DNA from: Limisphaerales bacterium | Lineage (GTDB): Bacteria > Verrucomicrobiota > Verrucomicrobiia > Limisphaerales > JAJOIW01 | Reading direction: 5' to 3' | Length of the DNA: 64,000 bases | Assembly (NCBI GenBank): GCA_965657355.1 | Contig: CBFHOE010000009.1 | Coordinates: 64,001 to 128,000, forward strand | Shown: in pieces, positions 20,499 through 30,229 of the stretch | Layout of the letters: the number at the start of each line of letters is the position of its first letter | Position numbering within the stretch: the stretch's first letter is position 1 | Translations under genes and position numbers: made by a program | The notes under the pieces: generated by a model | Told to the model about the DNA's origin: nothing | Database searches by the model: none | The model's input: the letters and a program-made list of their open reading frames with translations, nothing else

Positions 20499-22589
20499 TT
20501 ACAACTTTTCATACACTAGAAATTTGGTTGGGTCTCCATTTCCATTGCGCCAAATGCCACGCATTTGTTCATACCATTTATTATCGTGTACTTTGTATAT
20601 TGAGTGGTAAGTGAAATCTGAGTGGTAGGCATAAAAATGATTCAATCCACCTTTAATCTCGATCTTCATTGGAACGATGACTTTATTTATTAATTGCCCA
20701 TCTGAGTCATAAGTTTCTAATTGTTCTGTTCCGTGGGTGATTTGCTTTATGCGATAACTGCCATCATCATGCGTATGTTTCCAAGAACCAATAAGTTTAT
20801 TCCACTCGTTTTTAACAGGTCTTAACGATAAGTCGGTTTTTAGGATGATCTCAAATTCTGGTCCATCAGACATTTCACGCAAAGAATCCCAATTAACCTC
20901 TGGCTTGTTTATCATGGTCATTGCAGTTTTTATATTAGATTGCCAGGTTTCCTGATCCGGTAAATTCTCGTCTGACTTAAAATGTAAGGTTGCAAAATCA
21001 TGATTTACCCCGGGTCTAGTGGATTGAATCAAACGGTGCATGGCCCAAGCACCAAAACTCGGATCAAGATTTGAAACGACTTGGAAAAAAGGTTTGGCCC
21101 TTGTTCTTTCAGCAGATAGGTATTCCTGCTGTTTTCCGCTTTTCACATTCATGTATCCCCTGCTTATTCGAGATATATCCATTGTACCGGAATCCGGTGA
21201 CCAATACTGATCAACAGCCTGATGCACGTCACTTCCCGCGGCTTGCACAAAAGGCCATGTTCGGCTTCCTAAATCCTCCCTACTTCCCACTGCCGTGTAA
21301 TCCAACTCATCCCAGATTTTTTGGTTTTGCATATCTTCCATTGTGGCATAGACCTGAACTGTCGCGAAATTTGGTTCTCCTTTTTCAGCGTTTACAATCT
21401 TAGCCAGGTGCCAATGGATCAAGGCACCTTTTTCCATCCTTTGTTCATGAAGCCCTTTCCATTCCTGTTCTGCAGCCAGATAAGCTGCAATATCTTTTTC
21501 TTTGACAACTTTGAAATCGGTTTTGAGAAAACCAGTGAATCTTTCAGATTCTTGGCTCCTTTGAAAATATGAGCGGTGAGTTTTTTCACCTTTAGTTTCT
21601 ATGTTTTCGTCATTAGAAACTTGGACCTTCTTGAGGACATAGCTATTTTCAGTGTCAGTATAATTACCATTTTCTTTTGACTGCCATTTCGAATATATCT
21701 CGTCATCCGAAAGAAATAATCTAATCAGGCGCCCATTACCCTGTCTTTGCCCTGTGGTTAAGCCTCCCATGAAATCCCAGCCACCAACACGTGAAAAACC
21801 GTTTTTGTTAATGGACCACATGACGAGTTCGTCATTAGAATGATTTCTGCGAGTCAAATTATAACCAGCACCTGCTGAATTTCCCTCTTCATCAAAGAAA
21901 ACCCACCTTTCATGAAGGCTCGAACCTAAATTACCTCGAGAAAAGCGAGTACGTAAGTTAATACTGCCGTCCGTTTTAAATGACTCCCATGTCCCATGAA
22001 GTTCTTTCAACCTCTCGTCTAATACTGGCATCTTATTTCTAGCCCAGACGATTTCATTTTGTTCCGCCGGGTTATAGTTAATTTTATGAGCTTGAATGAT
22101 AGGCGTTTCATCTTGATAGGACCGACCAGGTCCAACAACTTGATTAGATTGTTCTTTGAAAAAGTCGCCTCTTTCATTCCACGAAATTTCGATCTGACCA
22201 GAGACATTTCCTGACGACGAAACTCCCGAAAAGGTGACGACACTTCCATTGTCCATAAATCTTTCAGTTGATCGCCCCAAATGGCCATTAGAGTGACACC
22301 ATAGTCTGTCTCCTATTCCACTTACAGGAACTGTTTGAAAGACGCTCCACCCTTGTATGGGTTCAAGGGTCTCTGAATCAATGCTGACCTGAGCGACACG
22401 CTGAACACCAACCACAGAATCTGTCCAATACCATCTAAATCCTTGAGAGGTGTTGCCATCGTCGTCAACGGATTTCCATTTCCATACCCCATCGAGTGGA
22501 TGCTTTTCTATTTCTTGAGCCTGTATTGATAATACTATACACGCAGTAAATATTGCCGTAATGAGCTTATAACCGAGTTTTCTTTTCAT
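20499..22589 (-). CDS. Secreted multidomain hypothetical protein (three LxGxW beta-barrel-like modules and two alpha/beta repeats)
   Basis: A 696-aa ORF with a signal peptide and its own terminator. It carries LDGVW, LHGTW and LIGSW, plus the internal repeat VKEKDIAAYLAAE / VKSGKQQEYLSAE. Confidence 0.8.
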   Translation of the reverse strand: MKRKLGYKLITAIFTACIVLSIQAQEIEKHPLDGVWKWKSVDDDGNTSQGFRWYWTDSVVGVQRVAQVSIDSETLEPIQGWSVFQTVPVSGIGDRLWCHSNGHLGRSTERFMDNGSVVTFSGVSSSGNVSGQIEISWNERGDFFKEQSNQVVGPGRSYQDETPIIQAHKINYNPAEQNEIVWARNKMPVLDERLKELHGTWESFKTDGSINLRTRFSRGNLGSSLHERWVFFDEEGNSAGAGYNLTRRNHSNDELVMWSINKNGFSRVGGWDFMGGLTTGQRQGNGRLIRLFLSDDEIYSKWQSKENGNYTDTENSYVLKKVQVSNDENIETKGEKTHRSYFQRSQESERFTGFLKTDFKVVKEKDIAAYLAAEQEWKGLHEQRMEKGALIHWHLAKIVNAEKGEPNFATVQVYATMEDMQNQKIWDELDYTAVGSREDLGSRTWPFVQAAGSDVHQAVDQYWSPDSGTMDISRISRGYMNVKSGKQQEYLSAERTRAKPFFQVVSNLDPSFGAWAMHRLIQSTRPGVNHDFATLHFKSDENLPDQETWQSNIKTAMTMINKPEVNWDSLREMSDGPEFEIILKTDLSLRPVKNEWNKLIGSWKHTHDDGSYRIKQITHGTEQLETYDSDGQLINKVIVPMKIEIKGGLNHFYAYHSDFTYHSIYKVHDNKWYEQMRGIWRNGNGDPTKFLVYEKL

Positions 22590-22938
22590 TGTCGTATCAA
22601 TTTGGGTTTTGAGGATATATATGAACTTAATAATGATAGTACAAGTTCGTTTTGGAAGTTATATACAAACCAAGACTTGATTATCATATCCGACGTGATT
22701 GGCAATTTATTTACATTATAAAATTTATATAAAATTATAATAGCCAGGCCTATTTTCTAAACACTCGTTCTTGTCATAAAAATTCAATTGAGTTCTACCT
22801 ATATATTTTCCCCAATACATGAAACCAACAGGGCAGTATTTAATTGTTATTGAATTTGTCACAGCAAGGTCACAGCAATGACTCATTACAACGTCCTGAG
22901 GATTTGAATGGCTATGATAAAAAATAAAAATGGATTCC

Positions 22939-24216
22939 TTAATTCATGAATATTTTGGGAAGCCATAGAACGACTTGTGGAAAAATGATTATAATAATCA
23001 TGACGCATATGTTAGCTACAAGGAAAGGTAGTGCCCCCTTAAATATTGTTCCAATTCCCTGACCAGAGATCAAGGAACACACATTGAGACAATTCCCAAC
23101 AGGCGGAGTGCATGCCCCAATCGCGAGACCTATAATAAGTAATACACCGAAGACTATGGGAGAAATTCCTGCATCAATAACTGCAGGTAAAAAAATAGGA
23201 GTTAATAGTAAAATGGCAGGGCTGACATCTATAAATGTTCCCAGAATCAATATGACCAACATAAAAACCAACAACATAATTGTAGGGCTCGGCTGAATCT
23301 GAGAGATGAGCAAGGCAAGGGTTTCAGGAGCACGTTCAATCGCTAAAACCCATACAAAAACCTGGGAGAAAGCAATAATCATCATTATTTTTGCGCTGGT
23401 CTGCATGGTTGATTTCAAGGCTACCCAAAATTGTGCCCATGTAAGATTTCGGATAATGAACCCACCAACAATAATGGCATAAAGCACCCCGAAACCAGAT
23501 GACTCAGTGGCAGTTGCTACCCCAAAAACCACAACACCCACCACAATGAGCGGCATAATCAAAACGTGCAGAGATTGAATCAATTGAGTAACAAAAATTT
23601 TTGAGTTAAGAGCAACATCTTCTTTTGGATATTTTTTTCTGAGTGCAATTTGATGGACAATAACTAATTGAAAAAAACCCACCATGAGTCCAGGAATGAC
23701 GCCCCCGAGAAATAACTGTCCCACAGATTCCTGCGCTGTTACGGCATAAAGGACGATCGGGATACTTGGGGGAATTATCATTCCCATTGTCGATGAAGCA
23801 ACAGTAAGGCCAGAAGCAAAGGAAATAGGATAGCCTCTCTTCTTCATTTCAGGAATCAGAACCGACCCAATAGATGCTGTATCGGAGGTTGATGATCCAG
23901 AAATTCCTCCAAATAGCATACTGGATCCAACATTCACTAAACCTAATCCTCCGTAGAACCGGCCGACAAACAAAAGACAGAACTGAATTAATCGTTGAGT
24001 TATGCCCCCTGCATTCATCAGCTGACCCATTAAAATAAACATGGGTAAGGCAATTAAGGCGTATGACTCCATACCTGCAAATAATCGTTGGGGTATTACT
24101 GGCAGTAAATCCGGCTGTACGAATATAAAATAAATAAATGAGGACAACCCCAAAGAGTATGCAATTGGGACACCAATCAGGAAGAATAACGCGAAGGCAG
24201 CAAACAGAATAATCAT
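22939..24216 (-). CDS. dctM: TRAP transporter large permease
   Basis: ALPMFILMG, FGGISGSSTSDTASIG, IIPPSIP and TPPVG. The true start is the ATG at 24216, which overlaps the dctQ stop (ATGA). Confidence 0.95.
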   Translation of the reverse strand: MIILFAAFALFFLIGVPIAYSLGLSSFIYFIFVQPDLLPVIPQRLFAGMESYALIALPMFILMGQLMNAGGITQRLIQFCLLFVGRFYGGLGLVNVGSSMLFGGISGSSTSDTASIGSVLIPEMKKRGYPISFASGLTVASSTMGMIIPPSIPIVLYAVTAQESVGQLFLGGVIPGLMVGFFQLVIVHQIALRKKYPKEDVALNSKIFVTQLIQSLHVLIMPLIVVGVVVFGVATATESSGFGVLYAIIVGGFIIRNLTWAQFWVALKSTMQTSAKIMMIIAFSQVFVWVLAIERAPETLALLISQIQPSPTIMLLVFMLVILILGTFIDVSPAILLLTPIFLPAVIDAGISPIVFGVLLIIGLAIGACTPPVGNCLNVCSLISGQGIGTIFKGALPFLVANICVMIIIIIFPQVVLWLPKIFMN

Positions 24217-24701
24217 GATGGTTCCTTCTTCCCGGGTTTCGCTAGTCTTGCTGCGGGTAAAAACTTGAAAAAGCAAAATAGTAAGCTTAGGAAGCAGCCC
24301 AAAGGAATGCTGAGCTGGGCAACCCAACGAGGTAAACCAGTACTCGGCATGAGATAATCTCCCGTATGTTTTATCCAATGTATGCTATAGATAAATGCCA
24401 CCAAATTGATAAGTGCTACAAGAATATCTTGGATCAACACAACTTTCTTTTGTATTACTTCAGGCAATTTCAAAACAAGAAACCTCACAGCCAAATGGTC
24501 CGACTTACCAACGCCCAAAGCGGCTCCAAGAGAAGTAGCATAGACAAATAAAATGACTATAAATTCGTTGGAACCAGTGATGGATTCATTAAAGACATAT
24601 CTCAGAAAAACCAACAAAATCACAATCAGAAAGACAAGTGCCAGGAGAATAGCTAGAGTATTCTCAAGTAACGTCTGAAGTTTCTTTTGGAATTGTTTCA
24701 T
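24213..24701 (-). CDS. dctQ: TRAP transporter small permease
   Basis: 162 aa with about four TM segments, VFLRYVFN and LGAALG...HL. Lies between dctP and dctM. Confidence 0.92.
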   Translation of the reverse strand: MKQFQKKLQTLLENTLAILLALVFLIVILLVFLRYVFNESITGSNEFIVILFVYATSLGAALGVGKSDHLAVRFLVLKLPEVIQKKVVLIQDILVALINLVAFIYSIHWIKHTGDYLMPSTGLPRWVAQLSIPLGCFLSLLFCFFKFLPAARLAKPGKKEPS

Positions 24702-24714
24702 CTAAGCAAAATAA

Positions 24715-25725
24715 TCAAGGATTTTGACGCGCGGCTGATTTTGCTTCCTCTATGTCATCAAACGAAAACTCCCCTTTAGAAACAAAATATTTATAGACAG
24801 GCTGAACAGCCTCTTGAAAAGGTTTCAAATTTTCTCCCTCGACATAATTGACATCTAGTTTCTTTGAAAGTTCGTCGATATACTCGGATTCCTTTTCACG
24901 ATTTAATCGATCACTGAGACGCATAGTGTCAACGGCGACTTCATCGAAAATAGTTTTTAGATCATCAGGTAGTTTTTGATACCAATCCAGATTCACCATA
25001 AAAGGGTCAGGCCCTGTTGAATAGTGGGTAATTGTTAGATATTTTGAAACTTCGTCAAATCTGTAATCCCGAATATTGGACGGCGGATTATCCTGCCCAT
25101 CAACAACACCCGTTTGTAATGCCTGATAAGTTTCAACAGCTGGGATTTCTTGAGGCTTCGCACCAAAAGCAATTGCAGTCTGTACGTAAACCTCCTGAGA
25201 TGGGACTCGCATTTTCATCCCTTTCAAATCCCTGGGATGTTTTATCGGGTGCTTACTGTTTGTATGGGCGCGAAAACCCTGTGAAATTCCAGTCGCAGGA
25301 ATGTGAAAACCATTCCTCTTTGCTCCTTGATTAATTTTCCGAGTGAATTCACTGCTCATTAGGCGAATAGCCTGATCCCAGTCATCAACCAGAAATGGAA
25401 GATTAAAAATATTGAATACGGGGTTTGCATCGGCAAAAAACCCACCTCTTGTTCCTTGAATGACCCCCATTGAAAGGAAGTCCATCAGTTCCCTTTCTGT
25501 CCCGAGCACTCCACCGAAGAAGAGATCTACCTTGATTCTCTTATTGGTCCTTTTTTCCAATTCTTCTTTGAAGAAAGTCATGGACTGACTCCTGAGAGAC
25601 CTGACCGGTTGACTATGGGAATACCGGAATGTGATGACCTTGTTTTTCTTAGAACAGGATGTCCCTGTAAATAGTAAGACTACAACCCCCAGGGTAACAA
25701 AAAAATTTGACCTAACACTTAACAT
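24715..25725 (-). CDS. dctP: TRAP transporter substrate-binding protein (lipoprotein)
   Basis: Lipobox-like TGTSC, GVLGTERE, NLPFL, GFRAHT, DLKGMKMRV and YQALQTGVVDGQDNP. Probable ATG at 25725. Confidence 0.95.
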   Translation of the reverse strand: MLSVRSNFFVTLGVVVLLFTGTSCSKKNKVITFRYSHSQPVRSLRSQSMTFFKEELEKRTNKRIKVDLFFGGVLGTERELMDFLSMGVIQGTRGGFFADANPVFNIFNLPFLVDDWDQAIRLMSSEFTRKINQGAKRNGFHIPATGISQGFRAHTNSKHPIKHPRDLKGMKMRVPSQEVYVQTAIAFGAKPQEIPAVETYQALQTGVVDGQDNPPSNIRDYRFDEVSKYLTITHYSTGPDPFMVNLDWYQKLPDDLKTIFDEVAVDTMRLSDRLNREKESEYIDELSKKLDVNYVEGENLKPFQEAVQPVYKYFVSKGEFSFDDIEEAKSAARQNP

Positions 25726-25744
25726 CAGGGGCGGAGACAAGGAA

Positions 25745-26611
25745 TTATCCGAAGAGTTCTTTGAACAAAGGAACAGAAGCGCGGAACCCATCTTCGAAAG
25801 TACCGCCGTCTGGACGATAAACACTTTCAAGTGAAGTCACTCCATCGTATAAATCTTCTTTAAGTCCCCTCGCAATCGGTTCGAGACTGGAAGCTAATTG
25901 CCCTTTTCCGAGTTCACAAAACTCAACTGTTGCTTTGGGCATATCTACAAAAGCATCTTTGATATGAAAATGCCCCATGTATCCTCCTTTCAATGCATCG
26001 AATCCGTCAGGAAATGCTGGTTCGTTCGCATAGAGACAATTCCCAGGGTCCCATAGAATTTTTAGATTTTTGCTCCCCATCTCATCTATGAGTTTTCGAC
26101 CTAACCAAGCTGAAGGAATCATTGCATTATTTCCAGTTTCCAGAACTAATTGAACGCCTTCTCTCTCTGCCAGCTCAACAGGAGGGCGCAGCAGTTCTTT
26201 TAATTTGTCCCAGGCGCCATTGGCAACAACCCAATGGTCGGCTCCACCTTTTCCAAATAATATCATATCCCGACGAAAGCTCATTATTCTGACCAATGGA
26301 CAATTTAATTCTTTAGCCATTTTAATACACCGGTTTAATCCATCCATGTGGGACTTATAGTTCTCATTTTCAATTTCAGTTTGCCCGACGAGCATACCCA
26401 CAAAATTATGGCGTGAGATACAGGAGACCTTGACACCAAACTTGTCGACTAAAGATTTGGCTTTAGCTAATTCATCATCATTGAGATCTCCGACCTCTTT
26501 TTCCCAGAGGTATTGTAATTCAGCATATTCTAATCCAACTTCAGTCATGACTCTGAGAGCATGTTCAAAATCGCGACTGATTCCGTCCGTAATGACTCCT
26601 AATTTTCCCAT
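25745..26611 (-). CDS. Sugar phosphate isomerase/epimerase (AP_endonuc_2 / xylose-isomerase-like TIM barrel)
   Basis: LVLET, LWDPGN, HFHIKD, LGKG and TSLE metal-binding pattern. Confidence 0.88.
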   Translation of the reverse strand: MGKLGVITDGISRDFEHALRVMTEVGLEYAELQYLWEKEVGDLNDDELAKAKSLVDKFGVKVSCISRHNFVGMLVGQTEIENENYKSHMDGLNRCIKMAKELNCPLVRIMSFRRDMILFGKGGADHWVVANGAWDKLKELLRPPVELAEREGVQLVLETGNNAMIPSAWLGRKLIDEMGSKNLKILWDPGNCLYANEPAFPDGFDALKGGYMGHFHIKDAFVDMPKATVEFCELGKGQLASSLEPIARGLKEDLYDGVTSLESVYRPDGGTFEDGFRASVPLFKELFG

Positions 26612-26633
26612 ATTATCTTATCGTTTGATTTTT

Positions 26634-27524
26634 TTACCATTTGACTTCGGTGTCAGCTATCTGCTCGAGTAATTTGACGATCGACCAGTTATCTTCTTCT
26701 GGGAACATTGAGATTCCAGCCTGGAAGAGTTCTTGTGCGGCAGATGTTGTAAACATGGAAACTCCGTTCTCTCTGGCGAGCCCCATAGTGATACCTAGAT
26801 CTTTGTACATAGTTCCTATTTGACTACCCGTACCTTTAAATTTTCGTTCCATTATGAGTTTGGCGCAGTTTTTGAATAAAGGGCTACTGACCCCACTGGC
26901 AGCAAAAACCTCGTAGAGCACCTCACCTTTAACCCCAGCTTTGGAGCCTAGAACAAGAGATTCAAAAATTGCAGTGAAAGTCGAACCAATCAAAGCTTGG
27001 AGCGAGGCTTTTACAGTTTGTCCCATACCGACTTCTTCACCAACATGAAAGATGTTTTCGCCGACTGCCTTCATGACATCTTGTTGTTGTTCCCAAACCT
27101 CCCTTTTGCCGGAGGCCATCATCGCCAATGTTCCGGCTTGTGCACCATTTTGACCTCCACTGACTGGTGAATCAATCATACTAATTCCAGCCTCAGCGAC
27201 CATTGCACCTACCGATTTCGCTTCAGAAGGATGTATTGTCGCTGTCAGAATAATTGTTTTCCCTTTGGGCATGGCGGCAAGCAAGCCATCCTTCCCGGAT
27301 ATTATGGATTCGACCTGTTTCCCGGTCATAACCATAATAAAGACGACATCACAGGTTTCTCCGATTTGAGCGATCGACTGTGCTTTAGTCCCACCTGCCT
27401 CTTGAAGCAAATCTAATTGGGATTCCCTTAAATCAAATCCGACGAGGTCGAATCCATTTTTGAGGAGATTTTTGGCCATTGAAAGCCCCATATCTCCTAA
27501 GCCTATAAAACCAACTTTTTTCAT
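26634..27524 (-). CDS. NAD(P)-dependent beta-hydroxyacid dehydrogenase (3-hydroxyisobutyrate DH / tartronate semialdehyde reductase family)
   Basis: VGFIGLGDMG, DSPVSGG, the catalytic Lys in GQTVK, and MYKDL. Confidence 0.92.
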   Translation of the reverse strand: MKKVGFIGLGDMGLSMAKNLLKNGFDLVGFDLRESQLDLLQEAGGTKAQSIAQIGETCDVVFIMVMTGKQVESIISGKDGLLAAMPKGKTIILTATIHPSEAKSVGAMVAEAGISMIDSPVSGGQNGAQAGTLAMMASGKREVWEQQQDVMKAVGENIFHVGEEVGMGQTVKASLQALIGSTFTAIFESLVLGSKAGVKGEVLYEVFAASGVSSPLFKNCAKLIMERKFKGTGSQIGTMYKDLGITMGLARENGVSMFTTSAAQELFQAGISMFPEEDNWSIVKLLEQIADTEVKW

Positions 27525-27859
27525 GAGATAGTATAGACTTACATATTTAATTATAACTAATCAAAATAATTCACATGTATGAGGATTTTAATTAAAGCCT
27601 CTATCTAAATCTTTCGGATGCGCCCCCCGGATTTCGCTATAATAGAAACTTTCAGATATTTTATGCCAAGGAATGAATAGTCAGCTCGAATGGTCGCCGA
27701 ATACGGATGCTTTCAAAGGTCTGATGAATGGAATAATTTCAATCTGAGCTGTGCCGTACGGCAACCAAATCTACGTTGTCACGTATTAACCTATATTATC
27801 AAGGCATAGATCGGTTTCATGCGTGCCAAAAATCGAAAATATAATGTTTGGGTAAAGAC

Positions 27860-29032
27860 TTATTTCAGTAGCTCAGCGCAATACCATAACATCCTCGGCA
27901 GGTGAAAAGGGCCCTTCCAAAGATTACCTTTTATGGTCGAAGAAAGGCGCCCGTCTTTATGCGAGTATCCAAACCACTCACCACAGTCCCTGTCTTCAAA
28001 TGTCGACCGGTTGTATTTCCGAATCATTCGATGCCTCTCGGCATATTTTGGATTTCCAGTGAGCTTGAACGCGAGTAAGCAGGCAATTTCAGTTTCGATA
28101 TTGGGCCACCAAAACTTCATATCATGCCAATATTCCTGAACGGGTTTATGGTAAACATCTGTGAAATAAAGAATACCTCCATGTTTTTTGTCCCACCCCC
28201 GAGTCCACATCCAATCCAGCATTTTCACCCCCAGTAAGATCAATTCATCATCTTGTTTTATTTTTCCCTCGTGCATGATAAACCAGGCACATTCTATGGC
28301 ATGACCGGGATTGAGGGTTCGTTGGTCAAAATGATCCAGAATCTCCCCATTTTGGCCAACCTGCTCCATTACACAATTTATCTCAGGTTTGATAAAATAT
28401 GTCTTTATGTCTTCCACAAAATGTTGAATCCAATGATCAGCACTCTCGTATTGAAAATTCTCTCTGAGTTGCTGGGCCACATTTATAAGTATCATTGCCG
28501 GACCTATTGAACGGGTAGATCGGACTCCAGTAGTTTTGGCAGGCAGTTTTTCTGGGTGTAGATAATAGTCCACAGATTTTTCAAAAAGCTCCATGGCTCG
28601 TTTTTTTGCCTCTTCGTTTTGGGCAGCACGAGCGTAACTGGCATAGGCCAAACTGGCGAAACATTCAGAAAAATAATAACGCCTTTTCCGAATAGGGCTC
28701 CCATCTCGGCAGACGTGAAAAAACATCCGACCGTCCCCGCGCTTATCAAAACAATGCTCTTCCAAAAATTCCAAACCGGAGTGTGCTGCCTCCAGCCAAT
28801 CCTCATTTTTTTCGACAGTATTATACAAAGTCGAAAGCAACCATGAGAACCTGCCCTGCTGCCAAACTGGCTTATCATCATCCAACAGCTCTCCTTCCCT
28901 GTCTCTACAGACAAGATAGCCTCCATACTTTCGATCTAGGACCTTCGGATACCAGAATGGTAAAACATTTTCAAAAAGTTCCTTTTTATAGGATTCCCCT
29001 AGGGCGCCGAGCTCTTGATTTGAATAAGTCAT
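27860..29032 (-). CDS. AGE-family N-acylglucosamine 2-epimerase
   Basis: VLPFW, GGYLVC, KPVWQQGR, YFSECF, NPGHAIECAWF, DMKFWWP, GEWFGY and KGPFHLPR. Confidence 0.9.
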   Translation of the reverse strand: MTYSNQELGALGESYKKELFENVLPFWYPKVLDRKYGGYLVCRDREGELLDDDKPVWQQGRFSWLLSTLYNTVEKNEDWLEAAHSGLEFLEEHCFDKRGDGRMFFHVCRDGSPIRKRRYYFSECFASLAYASYARAAQNEEAKKRAMELFEKSVDYYLHPEKLPAKTTGVRSTRSIGPAMILINVAQQLRENFQYESADHWIQHFVEDIKTYFIKPEINCVMEQVGQNGEILDHFDQRTLNPGHAIECAWFIMHEGKIKQDDELILLGVKMLDWMWTRGWDKKHGGILYFTDVYHKPVQEYWHDMKFWWPNIETEIACLLAFKLTGNPKYAERHRMIRKYNRSTFEDRDCGEWFGYSHKDGRLSSTIKGNLWKGPFHLPRMLWYCAELLK

Positions 29033-29044
29033 TCAATAATTTAT

Positions 29045-30184
29045 CTATCGCTGAAATTTCACATCCAATGAATCAAACCCATTAATTCGCGAATATTTTT
29101 CCTCGACCTCAATATGCGGCTCTGCATTGAGAACACGAAAACTTCCCACTTTATCACACAGGCACTTGATAAGGGTTCTTACTATTAGACGCGCGTGGGG
29201 GGCGCCAAGGCACAAGTGAGTACCAAACCCAAAAGAAACATGTGGATTCGGTTTTCTATCCAACCTCACTTGTTCTGGCTTCTCGAACACAGATTTGTCA
29301 AAATTCGCAGAGGACCAACAGAGAGAAATCCTTTCATCAGCCTGAATGACCTGATCATTTACGATAGTTTCCTTTGGACATACTCGTCCAATATGAGTCA
29401 GGGGCATAAAAACCCTAAAAAACTCCTCGCTCGCATGTATAATTTTTTTTGGGTTTTCCTTCAAAAAACAAAAGGAATCTGAATGCTCTCCAAGATGCGC
29501 AATAATAGAGGAAATGCTATGTATAATGGTATCTCTACCTCCAGCAAATGTGAGGTTTGCAAATCCCATCATTTCTTCACGTGTCAAAGGTCTTCCTCGA
29601 AACTTTGCCTGATTAAGAGCACTGAAAAAATCCTCTCCAGGTTGGCTTTGCGTTTCATTAAATTTATTGTTGAGGTATGACTCGAGGTCTCCACCTTTGG
29701 ATTCCCCGTCTCGGAAGACATGAACCCCCCACCCGATATATGTTTCGGCCTCAGATTCGGGAACATTTAACAAATAGGTCAATGCTTTGGATTGGATAGG
29801 CAGGGCAAAATCCCGAACAACTTCTATTGAACTTTGGTTTAATGCCCAATCTACATAATGACTGATAAGTTTTCCAACCCGACTTATGACCTCAGGAGAT
29901 TTTGACCGTGCAAAGAATGGTTCAGCAATAGATCTATACTCGCCGTGTACCGGGGGGTCCGTCTCGATGGGCAACTGACGCATAGACCTCACATCCTCTT
30001 CGGATGGGATAGGAACTCTGAATGGAGAATCAGAACTGAATGATTGCCAGTCCTTTGCTGCTTTTCTCACATCCTCATGACGCAAAATCATGTGGATATC
30101 TTTCCCCTGAAATGGACATTTCATGAATCCATTTTTTTCACGAGATTCTCGAAAAGGATCCTTTAAGTCCGATTCACCATTCAT
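29045..30184 (-). CDS. Cytochrome P450, resembling the CYP236 sugar O-demethylase family
   Basis: FAGGRDT (I helix), EEFFR (ExxR) and FGFGTHLCLG (heme Cys). It also carries DPF..R, LRH.DVRK, IPSE..VR..RQLP.E.DPPVHG.YR, WG.HVFR and RISLCW.SAN, as I recall for CYP236A. ATG at 30184. Confidence 0.93.
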   Translation of the reverse strand: MNGESDLKDPFRESREKNGFMKCPFQGKDIHMILRHEDVRKAAKDWQSFSSDSPFRVPIPSEEDVRSMRQLPIETDPPVHGEYRSIAEPFFARSKSPEVISRVGKLISHYVDWALNQSSIEVVRDFALPIQSKALTYLLNVPESEAETYIGWGVHVFRDGESKGGDLESYLNNKFNETQSQPGEDFFSALNQAKFRGRPLTREEMMGFANLTFAGGRDTIIHSISSIIAHLGEHSDSFCFLKENPKKIIHASEEFFRVFMPLTHIGRVCPKETIVNDQVIQADERISLCWSSANFDKSVFEKPEQVRLDRKPNPHVSFGFGTHLCLGAPHARLIVRTLIKCLCDKVGSFRVLNAEPHIEVEEKYSRINGFDSLDVKFQR

Positions 30185-30229
30185 AGCATACAAATTACTA
30201 ACCTATTGATCTGATAAAATTATGCGATA

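Noticed and set aside
24217..24378. N-terminal extension of the dctM ORF in the ORF track (and of dctP at 25726-25830)
   Set aside because: The extensions overlap the upstream genes. Internal ATGs at 24216 and 25725 give normal-length proteins with proper coupling or a signal peptide.
27752..27763. 12-bp palindrome TGCCGTACGGCA in the spacer between the two catabolic units
   Set aside because: I saw only one copy, with no loop or U-tract, so it cannot be called a REP, operator or terminator.
26634..29032. Sulfoquinovose (sulfo-EMP) pathway, reading the AGE-fold enzyme as YihS and the dehydrogenase as YihU
   Set aside because: The epimerase carries GlcNAc 2-epimerase motifs (DMKFWWP, KGPFHLPR), and no sulfoquinovosidase, kinase or aldolase is present.
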